Positions 1-12,826 of a stretch of 64,000 nucleotides of DNA are shown here, piece by piece. The position numbers were made by a program, and so were the translations under genes. The stretch covers positions 17,850 to 81,849 of the forward strand of contig MCFE01000396.1 of assembly GCA_002104905.1 (NCBI GenBank), written 5' to 3'. Source of the DNA: Basidiobolus meristosporus CBS 931.73 (taxonomy: Eukaryota; Fungi; Basidiobolomycota). Numbering within the stretch: position 1 is the first letter of the stretch; each line of letters starts with the position of its first letter. Below the pieces are notes generated by a model. That model did no database searches and was not told where the DNA came from. It saw only the letters and a list, made by a program, of their open reading frames with translations.

Positions 1-1841
1 CCATGAATATGCCAACGAGTGCGAGACTCAGTTCAGATATGCCTTCGACCTGGTCAGTTACATTCGCCAGGAACATGGGGATTACTTCTGCATCGGCGTC
101 GCTGGTAAATAGGGAATTTTTTGGGTTTCATGTGGATGGTTATTGAGCGAGTTGGTAGGTTATCCCGAGGGGCAGCCCGAGTCCGAGAGCAAGGAAAAAG
201 ACCTCGAGTATCTAAAGCTGAAGGTGGACGCCGGAAGCGATTTTGTGATGTCCCAAATCTTTTTCGACCCGCAGCTGTTCTTGAGATTTGTCGAGGACTG
301 TCGTGCGATCGGTAAGTGGATCGACCATGCATTGCTCCGCGCCAGATCTTCTAATCTTCTCGCCAACAACCAGGCATCACGGTCCCGATCCTCCCCGGCA
401 TCATGCCTATCCAGACCTACACCAGCTTCCGTCGACTGACCAACCTATGTCAAATCGAGGTGCCGACGCAAATCTTGGAGACCCTGGAGTCCATCAAGGT
501 TTCACGCTTGCCAACTCGCCTGCATTTCTGGACAGATACTGACTAGTTGCCACTACAGCATGACGACCAAGCAGTCAAGGAGTACGGGGTGAAGCTTTGC
601 ATAGAAATGATACAGGAGCTGCGTAAAGGCGGGGTGAACGGATTCCACTTCTGCACTCTGAATCTGGAGAGGTCGGTCAGGTTGATTCTGGAGGGCTGCG
701 GGTTCGTCAGCAAGCAGCTCACCAAGATAGATGGCCTACCAAAGGTATTCCGATACTCCCACCGAATCCTATGATCCCACCCGCTTACCGTAATTTTAGC
801 AGGCGAACGGCCACACAGCGCCGATTCAGCCCACCGTGCTTGAGGGGATCATTATGCAAAACGAGAGTTGGGATGAGTTCCCCAACGGTAGATGGGGAGA
901 CTCGCGTTCACCTGGTACGTTGCCTATTTCATTCGAATGCCACGCCACACAACTAATGGTATCGCGCTACGCTACTGCAGCCTATGGTGAAATGGATGGT
1001 TACGGTGCATCTCTGAAAGTCACAGTATGTTGGCTCCATTGCGTTGTGAGCGATCCCCTGCCCAACTAATCACCTTCCTAGATGCAAGAAGCTATCGCAC
1101 TCTGGGGATACCCTGTTGACAACGACGACATCTCCGCACTGTTCTCCAAATACATCCAAGGCCAGCTAAAGGCCCTTCCCTGGTCTGACGAGCCACTATT
1201 TGCAGAAACGAACGCCATTGGCGAGAAGCTGGCTGATCTGAACTCCAAGGGATATTGGACAGTTGGCAGTCAGCCAGCAGTCAATGGTGTGCGCAGCAAT
1301 GACCCGGTGTTCGGCTGGGGTCCCAAGAACGGATACATCTATCAAAAGGTCAGTCTTCCTGCTGCTATGTTGCGCTTCAAGCACATCTGCTCACACAGCC
1401 CCTCAGGCATTCCTCGAGTTCTTCACCTCACCTGAGAAACTGGCCGAGCTTCTTGCAAAAGCGGCAAGCAACCCATTCATCACGTTCTATGCACAAAACA
1501 CAAAGGTAACGAAGCTGCGGCTGCTGTGAATGCTGGTACGCAAGGCTAACGCACCACCGTAGGGCGATTTCAAGACGAACGTCGAGCTGGAAGAGCCGAA
1601 TGCCGTCACCTGGGGAGTCTTCCCTAGCAGAGAGATTGCCCAGCCAACGGTGATAGAAAGGGGCAGTTTTGAGGCATGGGCCGAGGAGGCGTTCCAGATT
1701 TGGAATGAGTGGAAAATGATCTATCCACCACAAAGCCCGTCGGCCAAGCTGATCCAAGAAATCGGCGACACCTACTACCTGGTGAATATCGTCCATAATG
1801 ATTTCCAGAACGCCGATGCCATCTTCGCCCTCTTTCAGTAA
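1..1841 (+). CDS. MET13: Methylenetetrahydrofolate reductase (5'-partial, multi-exon), including the C-terminal SAM-binding regulatory domain
   Basis: Spliced exons give YIRQEHGDYFCIGVAGYPEG, LKLKVDAGSDFVMSQIFFD, GFHFCTLNLERSV, SWDEFPNGRWGDSRSP, TVGSQPAVNG, FGWGPKNGYIYQK, NAVTWGVFP and YYLVNIVHNDF. Seven GT-AG introns; stop TAA at 1839-1841; start lies left of the window. Confidence 0.95.
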
Positions 1842-1871
1842 CGGCCTCACACAACACGCACTACATCAAAT

Positions 1872-1898
1872 CACCACCACCACCACCACCACCACCAC
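1872..1898 (+). repeat. (CAC)9 microsatellite in the MTHFR 3' region
   Basis: Nine perfect CAC units read directly. Confidence 0.9.
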
Positions 1899-2060
1899 AG
1901 ACTCTAATGCTTCTAAATAAATCATGCATTCACTCAGCGATCACGCACAGAAGGGACAGGTTTTATTTACGCCGACCATAGATTAGAGTGGACGCGTTGT
2001 AGTATAGGTCGGCTTGGTGGGAAAACAAAGGGCAGTTGGGGTAATATACATCGGGGTCGC

Positions 2061-4294
2061 TCAGCAGCTTGTCAATGCCTGTGACCAGAGGGATTGAGCT
2101 TTGGCAAAATCAAAGTGTTCCACACTTGGCCCCTCCAGATAGACAAGCATCTGCATGGCGATTGCTTTGACATCTGGTTTGTTTCCGCTCGCCTCGGGCC
2201 TCTGCTTTGTCTTTTTGGTACGGTTGTGATAGGCGAAGCCGACCTCACACTCCATCATCGAGGTGGGCAGTGACAGCAGCCTCTCCATCAACTTGACCGT
2301 CTCGGGGTATCTCAAGCGAAAGCTGTTCTCGGTGAGAACGTTCTTGCACATCGCGTCGAACGAAGTGTTTGCATAGGAGCATGCGATGTGTGTGCGGAAG
2401 ATGAGGAACTCCCTCTTGAATTCGAACGGATCCACCACGTTCCTGTGGCTCTGCCCGGCTGCATCCAGTCGATCCTTACCGAAATATTGCACCAATATGG
2501 CGCATTCGGTGTTTCCGAAATTCTCCAAGCTGTTGATGTTTGCCGGATACGCTCGCGGATCAAGGATGGAGAAAGCCGACCAGATCTCCGTCTCTGGAAA
2601 TCGAACCTCTAGGCTCTTCACCAGCGCCGATGCGTACAGCTTCGCCATGCTCTCCATCAATACCAGCTCCTCCGCATCCCCGCCCTCTATCGAGCCTAGG
2701 AATTCGGGGAGGAACACGCCGCCAACCGAATTTCCCAGGTAGATGGAGCGAATCATGTAGATGGTGGACTGCACTTGCTGCCGGATCTCCGTCGACGAAA
2801 CCGATTGGCTCATGAACACCTTGTTCAGCACCTTGACACACGACAATATATCCACCAGGAAGAACAGCGTGTACTGGAACTGAAGGCTGGACACGATGTC
2901 CAGAAGATGGCTGGCTTGGCGGTCCTCCTTGGCGCTCTCTTCCAGGCAGCTCACCACCATACTCAGTGATCGGGCCACGTTTTCTATCGCGTTCGAGGAC
3001 AACAGCCAGTAGGGGCTAGATATCTCCAACACATCCGCCTCGTTCTCCGCCCCCTGCGGCTGAGATAGCTTCAGCTCGCTCATGCGCGTAGGGAACCTAG
3101 CCAGGTAGCTGAAGAGTGCTTTCATGTCCGACTCGAACTGCTTGACTTGTGGGGCGGCTTCGGCGGCGTCCTGTGCGATCAGTGAGAGCCCATGGATGAT
3201 GGAGTGCACCGAGAGCATGAAAGGAGACTGCCGCCTGAGTATCTCGGCAACTCCGGACTCCTTCATCACCACGTGGGAGCCGTTGCTTGCTAGACCAACC
3301 AGCTTCTCGATCTCGATGTTCTTCTCTCTCAGGTAGGTCAGGATGGCCTCGGAGATTGAGTTCTCGTCCACACTGGCCACCTCGATGATGTCCAGGAACC
3401 GCGTTTCGGCCGAGCCATTGACCACGTATTTGACGTAGAGGAAGAAGTAGTTTTCAAAATCACTTGGCTGGTCCAGCAGAATGGAGAAGGTGCGGCTACT
3501 CCGTAATTTCGAGAGGATCTCCTCCTCGATCACCTGTGACAGCACCCGGAGGTATCTCTTGGAATCGTTCATTTGCTCCTCGGGGATCTCAACTCGATTG
3601 CTGTTGAACAGGCTGAAGTGAAAATTTATAAACTCTCCGATATTGTTGAATTCCTGCAACGGATGGTTGTTCTTGACCAGGTGATACACTGAGCGGAGCG
3701 CGTACTCCACCCAATTGATGGACTTTTTCGGAGTCTCCTGGTGCAGCTCCGGGGAACCTAAACTGGGCGAGAGTTGTATGCTGTGCACGTTAGGTGCAAT
3801 GTGTCGGGCGTTGGCGATGTTGGCGACAAATGCCTGGTCGAACGAACTGGAAACCGACGAGAGTTAGTAAGCGTGCAACACTCCTCATCCGAACCAACTT
3901 ACCGCTTGGATATAGGGCTTTGAAGGTACCGGTCATCCGGCAACGATACCGCTAGGTTGGTTTGGATCTCGCTAGAGAAATGCGTCGTTGGAGAGATGGC
4001 GGGGGCAAAATTTTGGCTGTTTGAGAGGATGGTGGGGCCGGTGGCAGCACTGTGAAACTGATCGAGCGCCGCCTTGTGGTCGTTACTTATCGCGTGCTCC
4101 TGTATGGCGCTTCTCTTCAAACGAGTGCATCCTTTGGTGAACTTGTTTCGCTTGTTACCTTGTATACAAAGGGTGCACAGCAAAGCGCCGCCCTGGGGAC
4201 TGTCGCTACGGCCTAGCCAGTTGAAGTCCTTGGACCACTTTTTGTACAGTCTATCGAACTTGTTGGCTGCATCATCGGCATCAGACTCGCTCAT
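2061..4294 (-). CDS. hAT-transposase-derived protein (ZNF862-like; N-terminal TTF-type Zn finger plus hAT core), about 725 aa, two exons
   Basis: Exon 1 (4294-3903) has KKWSKDFNWL..CTLC..AIQEHAISNDH. A 56-nt intron at 3902-3847 (GTAAGT..TACTAAC..CAG) joins it in frame to the 575-aa ORF containing FSILLDQPSD, LVGLASNGS, SVHSIIH and LPTSMMECEVGF. Confidence 0.8.
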
Positions 4295-4692
4295 CTCGAC
4301 CTTTGTTTTTCGTCACTTGTGAGCCCTGCCTGGAGAGACGGAATTTTTTGTGAGTTGGTGTCTGAACCGGTGGTGAAAAACCTATTCGGCATTGGTCGGC
4401 CGAATAAGATGCGCCTTAGGTCACGTTGAACTTGAACCCATGTTAAATATATGGAGCCGATTTCCATAATTGGACCCTCGGTGACCATACGCCTGATGAC
4501 TGAATCAGTTCACCGATATGTCCGCCGATTTAGTGTAGGTTTCCCGAAGACCGGACTCCATAAGAATGACATGACGAGATAATATTTGGAAGCATAAAGC
4601 ATGTAGTCAAAGAGAAGCTCAGAAATTTATTGAATTCAAAGTCGCGAGTCTCCAAGTTCATGAAGCAGAGGGATGTCTCGACAGCTAAGCGC

Positions 4693-5022
4693 TTAATCGA
4701 AAAGACCGAAGCCCATATCGTCATCAGACTCTTCCTTGGCTTCCTCCTTGGCCTCCTCAGCAGCAGGAGCGTCGGCGGCACCACCAGCGGCGGCACCAGC
4801 GGCAGGGGCAGCAGCACCACCAGATGGAACTGAAGCGAGCTTCTCCTTACCTTCGGCAATGAGCTCTTGGACGTTCTTGCCCTCCAATTCGGAGATCAAC
4901 TTGTTGAGGCGCTCAGAGTCGGCCTCGATACCGACAGAGGAGAGGAGCTTCTCGATGTCAGAAGCAGCGGGGGATTCGTTTCCACCGAGGGTGAGGAGAA
5001 GGTAGGCAGCAATATAACGCAT
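4693..5022 (-). CDS. RPP2: 60S acidic ribosomal protein P2
   Basis: [10 protein letters not shown] start, Ala-rich hinge and C-terminal [14 protein letters not shown] probable 5'-UTR intron ends at the TAG at 5030. Confidence 0.97.
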   Translation of the reverse strand: MRYIAAYLLLTLGGNESPAASDIEKLLSSVGIEADSERLNKLISELEGKNVQELIAEGKEKLASVPSGGAAAPAAGAAAGGAADAPAAEEAKEEAKEESDDDMGFGLFD

Positions 5023-5538
5023 CTTTAAAGCTACAGAAAGGATACTGAATTAGTTACTGAACGTCAAGCACAGAGCAAATCGTTGGAAGATCGCGGTGAC
5101 TCCATCCCAAAACGCCCATTCATCCATTGAATCCAGTCACACAAGTCTCCCAACGAATGGATGCGATGCAACGGGTCTTACCAGTTGGTGTTTCGTGAGG
5201 TCAAGAAACTTGGGGCTCGAATACGAAAGAGAAAGAAACCCCTTGGTTACTCTAGATTCTTTTGTAATCGAGAGGCACCCCCCATCCACTATCGGGCAAT
5301 AGGCACCGAAAAAAATGCTTCGTTCTCCCGGGTAAATGCCCCAGACGCAGCGAACCAGATGCGCTGAGATTCACTGACCGGAAGTCGTGATCCAGATGCG
5401 ATGAGAATTCTGAGAAAATCTTTGTTTTATTGGGATTGTCATTGGGATTGGTTTGGATTAGAGAGAATGGCAGACCAAATGCAATGCTTGAGAAGCTGTG
5501 AATCATATGCATGGGATGGGAAGTGGTGCTTGAATGCT

Positions 5539-6276
5539 CTAGAGTTCAACTTCATTCTTCACCTTCTTATGGACTTGCTCTACTTTGGGGTTGCGGTTTG
5601 AAGAGGTGGCGTTGGTCAGTTTCTCGACGATGCTCTTGCTGTGGATGTTCTTCAGCTTCCAGGTGACGGATTTGGCGTTGGCTTCATATACGGAGCATTT
5701 GTCAGCAACCAGTCACTGAAAATAAACCTACGTGTATCTTACCAAACTCCACAATAAGGGTGGGTCGAACCTTCTTTTCCGCGGGGGCGTTGGGGGCCTT
5801 GGCGGGCTTTGAAGCGGCGCTCTCCGCCACCTTCTTGGCAACCTGCTCGCTGACCTCAGCCTTGGGCTGCTCGACCGCTACAGCAGTGGTTTGCTCGACC
5901 GCCTCTGTCACGGGTTTCTCGGCTTCTGCAGCAGCGTTCTGCTCCTCTCTGGGCTTTCTCTCTCTAATGGGCTTGAACTTCACAGGGTTGTGTTTAATGA
6001 TTTCAAAGGTGACACCAGGGTTGTGAAACTGCAAGCGGGGCAGGGCCTTTTGAAGGAATCTAGAAACATAACACGAGCGGTGTGGTTAACACGCGGGGAA
6101 CTTGGTAATGGCTCGACCATCGGAAGAAAGGCTTGAGGGAATTACCTAACTGTGGGGGCGGGGTCTCTGGAACGATATTCAAAAGTCAGCTTTCTAATGT
6201 CGCTGTTGATTTTGGTGGCACCCACACCAAATTTGAGTCTGTTCACAAGCTTTTGGGCGTTAGGGAGTATCCTCAT
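5539..6276 (-). CDS. Mitochondrial ribosomal protein, L51/S25/CI-B8 family (Mrp49/mL61-like), multi-exon
   Basis: Exon 1 reads MRILPNAQKLVNRLKFGVGATKI..; the internal KALPRLQFHNPGVTF matches the family motif LPxLxF/YxNP; an Ala/Glu/Pro-rich insert follows; last exon ..WKLKNIHS..EVEL with stop at 5539-5541. Confidence 0.7.
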
Positions 6277-6681
6277 GGTCGATGTTCAGGAGAGCTTGTT
6301 TGACAATAGGACGGTGACCGAAATTACTTGAAGTAATCCTCGAAAATCGAGTGACAGAGGGAAAAATTTTACCTACCGCCTCATCAATCTTGGTTCCCCA
6401 CTATAAATCCATCCTCATTTGGATACCCTTCCACCGGCCTGACGTCTCACCCAAGCCCATTTGGAGAGACGGACTGACATTCCTATGTCTACCATCGCAC
6501 AATACTCTATTCTGGAACGTGCCAGCACTCTCACAGGACACGTTTCGTGCGTAATATTATGAAGTAACGGGAACAAGATGTATTTGAAAAGCTTCACTGA
6601 AATAAGCAATTTTATATCACGTACACAGACACTGACCACTTCAGAAGAATAGTGAAAAAAGGTGTTGCCATAGTGAATAGT

Positions 6682-7202
6682 TTACTTGAGGGGAACAAAA
6701 CGGGAAGAGTTGGTGGCACCGATACCGGGACGACCGTGCTTGACGGGCTTGTAGGTGATGGAGAATTCGCCAAGGTAGTGACCAATCATTTCGGGCTTGA
6801 TTTCGACCTGGTTGAAGGTCTTTCCGTTGTAAACACCAACGACGGAGCCGATCATCTCGGGAACGATGATCATGTTACGAAGGTGGGTCTTGACGGTTTC
6901 GGGCTTCTCGTTGGGGGCAGCCTCCTTCTTGGCCTTTCTCAACTTCTTGATGAGACCCATGGGCTTGCGCTTGAGACCGCGGTTGAACTTTCTGCGGGCA
7001 CGGCAGTGGACGAGCTCCATGAATTGCTCGCTGGACAAGTCCAAGAGTTGGTCGAGGTCGACACCGCGGTAAGAGTACTTGCGGAAAGTTCTCTTCTTCT
7101 TGATCTCAACAGAGTTTTGGGCGTCGTGGTCAGCCTACATCAACGGAGGTTGAGGATGAGTATGGATGGATGGCCATTCGAAGCCAAAGGATAGCTTACC
7201 AT
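6682..7202 (-). CDS. RPS15: 40S ribosomal protein S15 (uS19)
   Basis: ATG-only first exon (7202-7200), intron GTAAGC..TAG, then [69 protein letters not shown]. Confidence 0.97.
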
Positions 7203-7608
7203 TGTTACGTAAATTCGGAAACAAAGTCCAAGAGGATTCAATCGATTCTCAAGAATCCCTATTTTATTCACCACCACCACCACTGGATCACCGTCCCGAC
7301 ATCACAGCAAAAAATTTCCCCGTCCGTCCAATCAGGTAGGATGATTCGAGGGGGATTTTTTCTTCGGCCGTTTGTGGATTTCGATCAGTTTATTTCAAAA
7401 TTGCCGGGTCCACGGGTATGCTTCGTGTGGAAGTGGTTGACAACGTGTAGGGATGGAATCATGTGGCGGGAGGGGGTGGTGCTTAGAGCGGGTTTGGGTG
7501 GAAATGCTTCTACGGAATGGTTCAGGATGAATGTGATTCCGTCATAGATTATATAATCAATGTGAATGCTAGCTCTAAATATTATTCCAAAAATAATCAG
7601 TTTGTATT

Positions 7609-10600
7609 TCACATCCCGGTCTCGTCCATGGTGGTCCACGCGGCGGTCATCGAGGATGGTCTGTCCACCACATAGCTGGCAGGAAACACCCCCTGGGAAA
7701 GCTGGGCCCCATCGCCATGGTCGATAATCCCCATCCACCATATGTCGTCCGTGTTATCGATGACATAGATTTTATCGCCGGCCTGGAATTCCAGCTCTCC
7801 ATGCTCTCGGGCGTTGAAGGGGAACTTGGCATAGTAGACCTGGTACCTATCTGGAGTGATGACGGTGCCTGCGTCCGCACCCGCGGCCATCTTATCCTCC
7901 GACATGATTGATGCGTCCAGTGTTGGCGAGGTGGAGTTATGCTTTTCGGATATACCAGGAGAGCGGTCTGCTAACCAAGGCGGCCGAGGTTCCTGGCCCC
8001 AACGCATGATGCTCGTTCTGGCTCTTTTCCAGGCCAGAGGTACTGGCACCTACCGCCTGTGACCTATACTGATCTGAATAATCTGACATGGCCCGGCTGC
8101 CAGTCGAGGCCATGCTGGTGATCACTCCATTGTCGTGCATGAGAGGTTTCTTGGCGTACAAAGCATTGGGATATGGGTATTTGGCGGCCCTCCTTTTCTT
8201 TCTCAAATAGATGGAGCCCAAGCCGATGAACAGGATGAAGAAGACGAGACCAAGAGAGCAGGCGACGGATACCAGCAAAACCAACGGCAGCGGAAGGTTG
8301 TTTTTGGCGGAGAAGGTGAGGGTGCTCTTCGTGAATGCTGACTTTATCATACCGGGTGATCCATCCCGTTTGGAGGAGACGAGGAACGGGATCCATTCCT
8401 CTCCGTTGAAGAGGGCAGCACTTACATTTCCAAATTTCTCAAAGACAAGCGATCCAACGACCAACAGTGCCGAACCTGTACTGGGTTCGGATTCGCTGGC
8501 GATCTTGACAACAACGTCGTTATCTGCGTTAGAGACGGACTTTGTAGGGACGATGCTCATCCTAGCGATCTTACTGCTGGGTAGTGGACCGGTAGGTAGC
8601 GGGGAAAATTTGGCACCATCCCACTTTCGCATGTAACACTCCTCCTTGTCGTTTTGTCCTGAAATGTAGAACGCATTGTTACTTGTGTCCTGGATAATAG
8701 AGAGTGCTGCGCCCGGGAGAGTGTCCTCCCCCTTGGGCTCGATACGCTTCCACGTGGACTTCTCGAAATCGTAGTGTGCCAAATATCCCTGGCCTGACGA
8801 TAGTACGAAGTTTCCTACTGCGATGATGTCGCTACCGCTGACGATCATATCGGTTATTTCTCCTTCAACCCCCGAAGAGAGAGAGGTCCATTGCTTGTCC
8901 TTCATATCCCAGAGACATATGTTATTGCATTCCAAGGAGCCTGCTCGTTTGAACCACCCCGAGACAATAATGCTCGTGGTTCCGTGGCGCTGCCTAATGG
9001 CGTTGACCTTAATTGGCCCGTCGTCCTTAGGGTCGCGAGAGGAAGAGGATCCGAGGGAGGGAACGTCGGTCAAGCTGTTCGCTTTGAAATCCCAGATCGA
9101 GAATCCTTTGAACGGTGGCGTCGATGTGTTGTTCGACAGCCCTCCAATAAACAATTGGTGTTCTGCAACATGCAGGCTGTAAACCTCTCCACCAACACCA
9201 GCCCCTATCCCCTTCCAAACCCCTTGGTCAAAGATGGCGAGATTTTGAACGCCCGATGAATGAAATCTTCCACCAATAATGGAGTAGCTTGAGTTCTGGC
9301 TCCGATCGTCGGCTGTGTAATAGGCCCCGCAGTTGACGATAGTATTCTCGGCGCCAGACTCAGGGCCGATGCCAAGTTGCTGAAAAGCTCCCTTGGAGTC
9401 CAGAGTAATGAAGCCGGGGGCTTGGATCGCCGCAGCGGAGGAGAACGCACCCGCCAAATAAAAGCCATCTACATGCGGGGTTGGGCTTTGGGATACAAGC
9501 GCCAGGGACGAACGAGAACGACCTGCAACATATGCAGGATTGACCCAGGAGTTGGCAGTAAAGTTCCAGGACGTGAAGCCGCTGGAGAATCTGTCAGGGT
9601 TTGAAGGGGTGTTGTTTCCGTAGATTACATTGAAATCACCAATGATTTGAAGCGCTTCTGAACCAGCAGGAACCAGTTTCACAACCTGGTCATTCACCCC
9701 GTTTCCAACCGGCAACCACTGTTCCCGGAGGATGTTGTAGCGGCCAATGTTGCGGATCGGCAGCGACGAGTTTCCGACCAGGCCGTCAAAATCCCCGCCA
9801 ACTATCAATTCTCCGTTGATGAGGGTCATGGAGTTGACCGGACCTCTAGGGTAGCCGCCTGTAAACGGAACCAAGGCTTTGCGGTTGTATTTGACGATAT
9901 TCGCGAACCTCGGTTCGCTAGCCCCTTGGAAATCCCCACCAATGAAAACTGTGGTGTTTGTGGGAACTATGGACTTGACCACTGAGTTTGCTGGTAGTGA
10001 TTGCTGAAGCGGTCTGATGGGAATCCCTTCGATGACCGGCGCGGAGTCGGGAAAATATTCCACCACGCCATTGAGATTGTAGAGAGAGTTCATTTTCACA
10101 AATTGAATTGCATCGGCAACCAGCACGTTGCCTGCGTTGATCTTGCTATTCTTGGAAACGGTCATCACCACCTTGGGCTGAAATCCACCGACGAAGCAGT
10201 GACATAGCCCATGTAAAGTGGGACGATGGTGTCGAAGGTGCTGTTCTGGGCTATCGTGTTCGTCACGGGCTGCTTGGCAGACTTCGTCAGGGTCAAGGTG
10301 AAGTCGACCGGCACTCGGTTGTCACACTCGTTCTCGAAGCAACCAGGAATGGAGGCCCATATCTCGTAGTACCCGGACTCCGGGATGAATGGAGTGTACG
10401 TGACCGATGATTTGTTATCTCTACTATTTCGAATGGTGTACGAGAGAACCTCTTTAGACGAGTCTACCTGGGCCTGGCTTTCCCAAATCCCAGTCAGGGA
10501 AACGCCGGAATTAGTGGACAGCGAGGCAGGAGAGCATGATGGGTAGTTGAGCTCTTTGATGGCGTGAGTGACAATCTCTGTGAGGGAAGGTATAGGTTAA

Positions 10601-11969
10601 GTTAGCTGATTCTTCCCAAGGGCATATATCCCGACACTTACCGCTTTGATACAGTTGGATTTTCCCTAGGCCACCTCCGGCCCCGTACCAGCTTAGTATC
10701 TCGAGATTGATCCCGCTGACCGTGAAAGGCCTACTGCCCTGAACAATACGAAACTCCTGAAAGGGGAGGTTAGGATCATGGTTTAGTGGGCATTCGCTGG
10801 AGCAGGCTACTGTTTGTTGAGTAATAGGGTCATAGTACGTGAGTGGAATGATAAGATTGTCGGGGAAGCTCAGCAACCTGAAGAGAGATCAATCAGTGGA
10901 AAAGCTCGCGAGTGTGTCGATACGAGATGCCTACCGAAATGTCTTTGTTCCCCTTCCCTCGTAATTAGTGTTCTTGATACGAAGTAGGCTTGGGGTGATG
11001 GTGACGGGAAACTGGGCCCACCAATATCCAGGCATGTTGTCGCGCATCAGCCAGATATTGTTAATTGCATCTGTGTTGCCGCCGCAGATGACATTACGTG
11101 GGTTGGAGAACCCAGATGTGCTTGCTGAATTTCCACCTGATATCTAAGCGAGAGAGAACTCGGATTAATCTTGTGAAGCGGGTGTCAATACTGTTGGTTG
11201 ATCCACTCACCGAAGCATTGTTAAAGTTCACCTCTTGCGTGTTTGGAGCCATATTCTGGATTCCATCTGCGGTAGAGTTGAAGCTGCCTCCAAAGAATAG
11301 GCTACTGGATGCACTGGATGCACCAATTGTATACACCGGCCCATTAAATCCTTTGAAATTAAATGCGGTCCAGTTTCCGTTGGTCCACTTCGCGATGGAT
11401 CCCCCAAAAGTCGTTAGCAAGCTGTACTTGTCCAGAGGGTTGACTGGAACGGGAGCGACAAATGCTCCCCCGACATACACAATATTTCGACTGGGGTCAC
11501 AATACATATCATACACCGGGCCGTCCAAACCTTTGATCAGCGGGGAAAAGGACTTCGTTGACGGATCGTATAAGGCGATGTTGTTGACCTCCACCCCGCC
11601 AATATGAGTGAAATTTCCCCCAACATATATATACGCTTGGGGATCGGCGCCCCCTCCTCCCTTTGTGGAAGGCATGGAGCATAGGGAGTGGATCTTCCCA
11701 CCAACCGAGGTGTATCCTATTAATTCTAGGGTATTCTTGGTCTTTCGAATCAGAGAATCTACATTTGGGTCCAGCGTCGAGACATTGCCGTTGGGGGAAT
11801 AAGTTGAGATGCCATTGAACTGGCCGGTGATCTCTAGTTGGGAGAGAGACGAAAAATCGAGTACGACTTGGTTGCTTTGGGCCAGGCAGGGAAGGGTATA
11901 TATGGAGAATAATATCAATAAACTAGACGTTCTGGTGGACAAATAGGGCTTTTTTCGAGTGGGGGACAT
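7609..11969 (-). CDS. RAX2: Rax2-like cortical polarity protein (signal peptide, beta-propeller-type ectodomain, single TM) with a C-terminal SH3 domain reachable by splicing
   Basis: N-terminal signal peptide; repeated YVGGxF / GPVxxM motifs; spliced exon ..WLMRDNMPGYW..LRIKNTNYEGKGTKTF; TM segment LPLPLVLLVSVACSLGLVFFILFIGLG followed by RKKRR. SH3 motif AKFPFNAREHGELEFQAGDKI..IWWMG..GVFPASYV in ORF 7609-8049. Confidence 0.85.
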
Positions 11970-12826
11970 TCTATATAGTTTGGGAGACGTGTGAAAGCAG
12001 AGACGCTTACAGTCTGGTTCCGAGCAAAACGAACCTCTATTAGCAGGAAAACTTGTGAAGACGGTATAGACTAGTGGAATGAAGAGGATATTGTGTGGCC
12101 TCTCATCTGCCTATGGGGGCGACAAAAATAGGCAAAATCAAAAGAGAAGTGATACAGAAGCTCAGCAATATAAGGAAGACGAGGGAAAGTCAACAAAGTA
12201 GTGGAGAAAGAGCAGTCGGAAAAGATAGAACAATCGGTTGCTGAATGAATATGCAGGTAAACAGTGGTAACCCAGATTCACAAAGCGGCAATCAATTGAA
12301 GAGTTTTCCGAGTGCATATTCCATGCGGGATGTAGTCTCATTGTATTGAGTGAATCTGCAGTATTCGACTTAATTCCCTAATCACTACGACGCCTTAAAC
12401 GGTATTCTACACTGTATAAATTCCGACAATCACCTAGCCAAACAAACATTTCCTGATAAACAAAGTGGTACTAATTAGCTTGCTTCCTAAAAAGTAACAA
12501 GGCCTGGAACAACTTTAAAGTAGCTTTGTCCCAATCACCCGAGTCGTCATCGCCCAAGAAAGCCCCGAATAAAGACAACAAGGAAATTAAGGGCCAACGT
12601 GATTTCTTCTGGAGCAAACAATATCTGATACCATCGGCAGGACAGGTTTCATGATCAGCACTTGACGATAGTGATATGTGGTCTTGAAGCAACTGGTACA
12701 TTAAATGGGTGATTGCTAGGTCAGGAGTACCATCCCGTTTAGGCTAGTTCGTGATGAATTTATTGTTCCGCAGCATCCATGCTAACAACAAGTCTATGCG
12801 ACCACTAAACAACATAATTAGCAAGT

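Noticed and set aside
5037-5045. GTATCCTTT (perfect U12 donor) on the minus strand upstream of RPP2
   Set aside because: It lies between the ACTAAT branch and the TAG acceptor of a U2-type 5'-UTR intron, and there is no downstream U12 branch site; coincidental.
5030-5180. Longer RPP2 5'-UTR intron as a possible box C/D snoRNA host
   Set aside because: Only a C-box-like TGGATGA is present; no convincing terminal CTGA box D or closing stem.
6652-7194. 180-aa ORF antisense to RPS15, and similar shadows over RPP2, WrbA, the hAT gene, arrestin and WDR48
   Set aside because: Expected by-product of strong codon bias on the coding strand; no independent motifs.
12471-12701. 76-aa ORF downstream of Gemin5
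   Set aside because: Manual splicing ends Gemin5 at the TAA at 12827-12829; this ORF has no recognisable motif and is probably 3'-UTR or intergenic.
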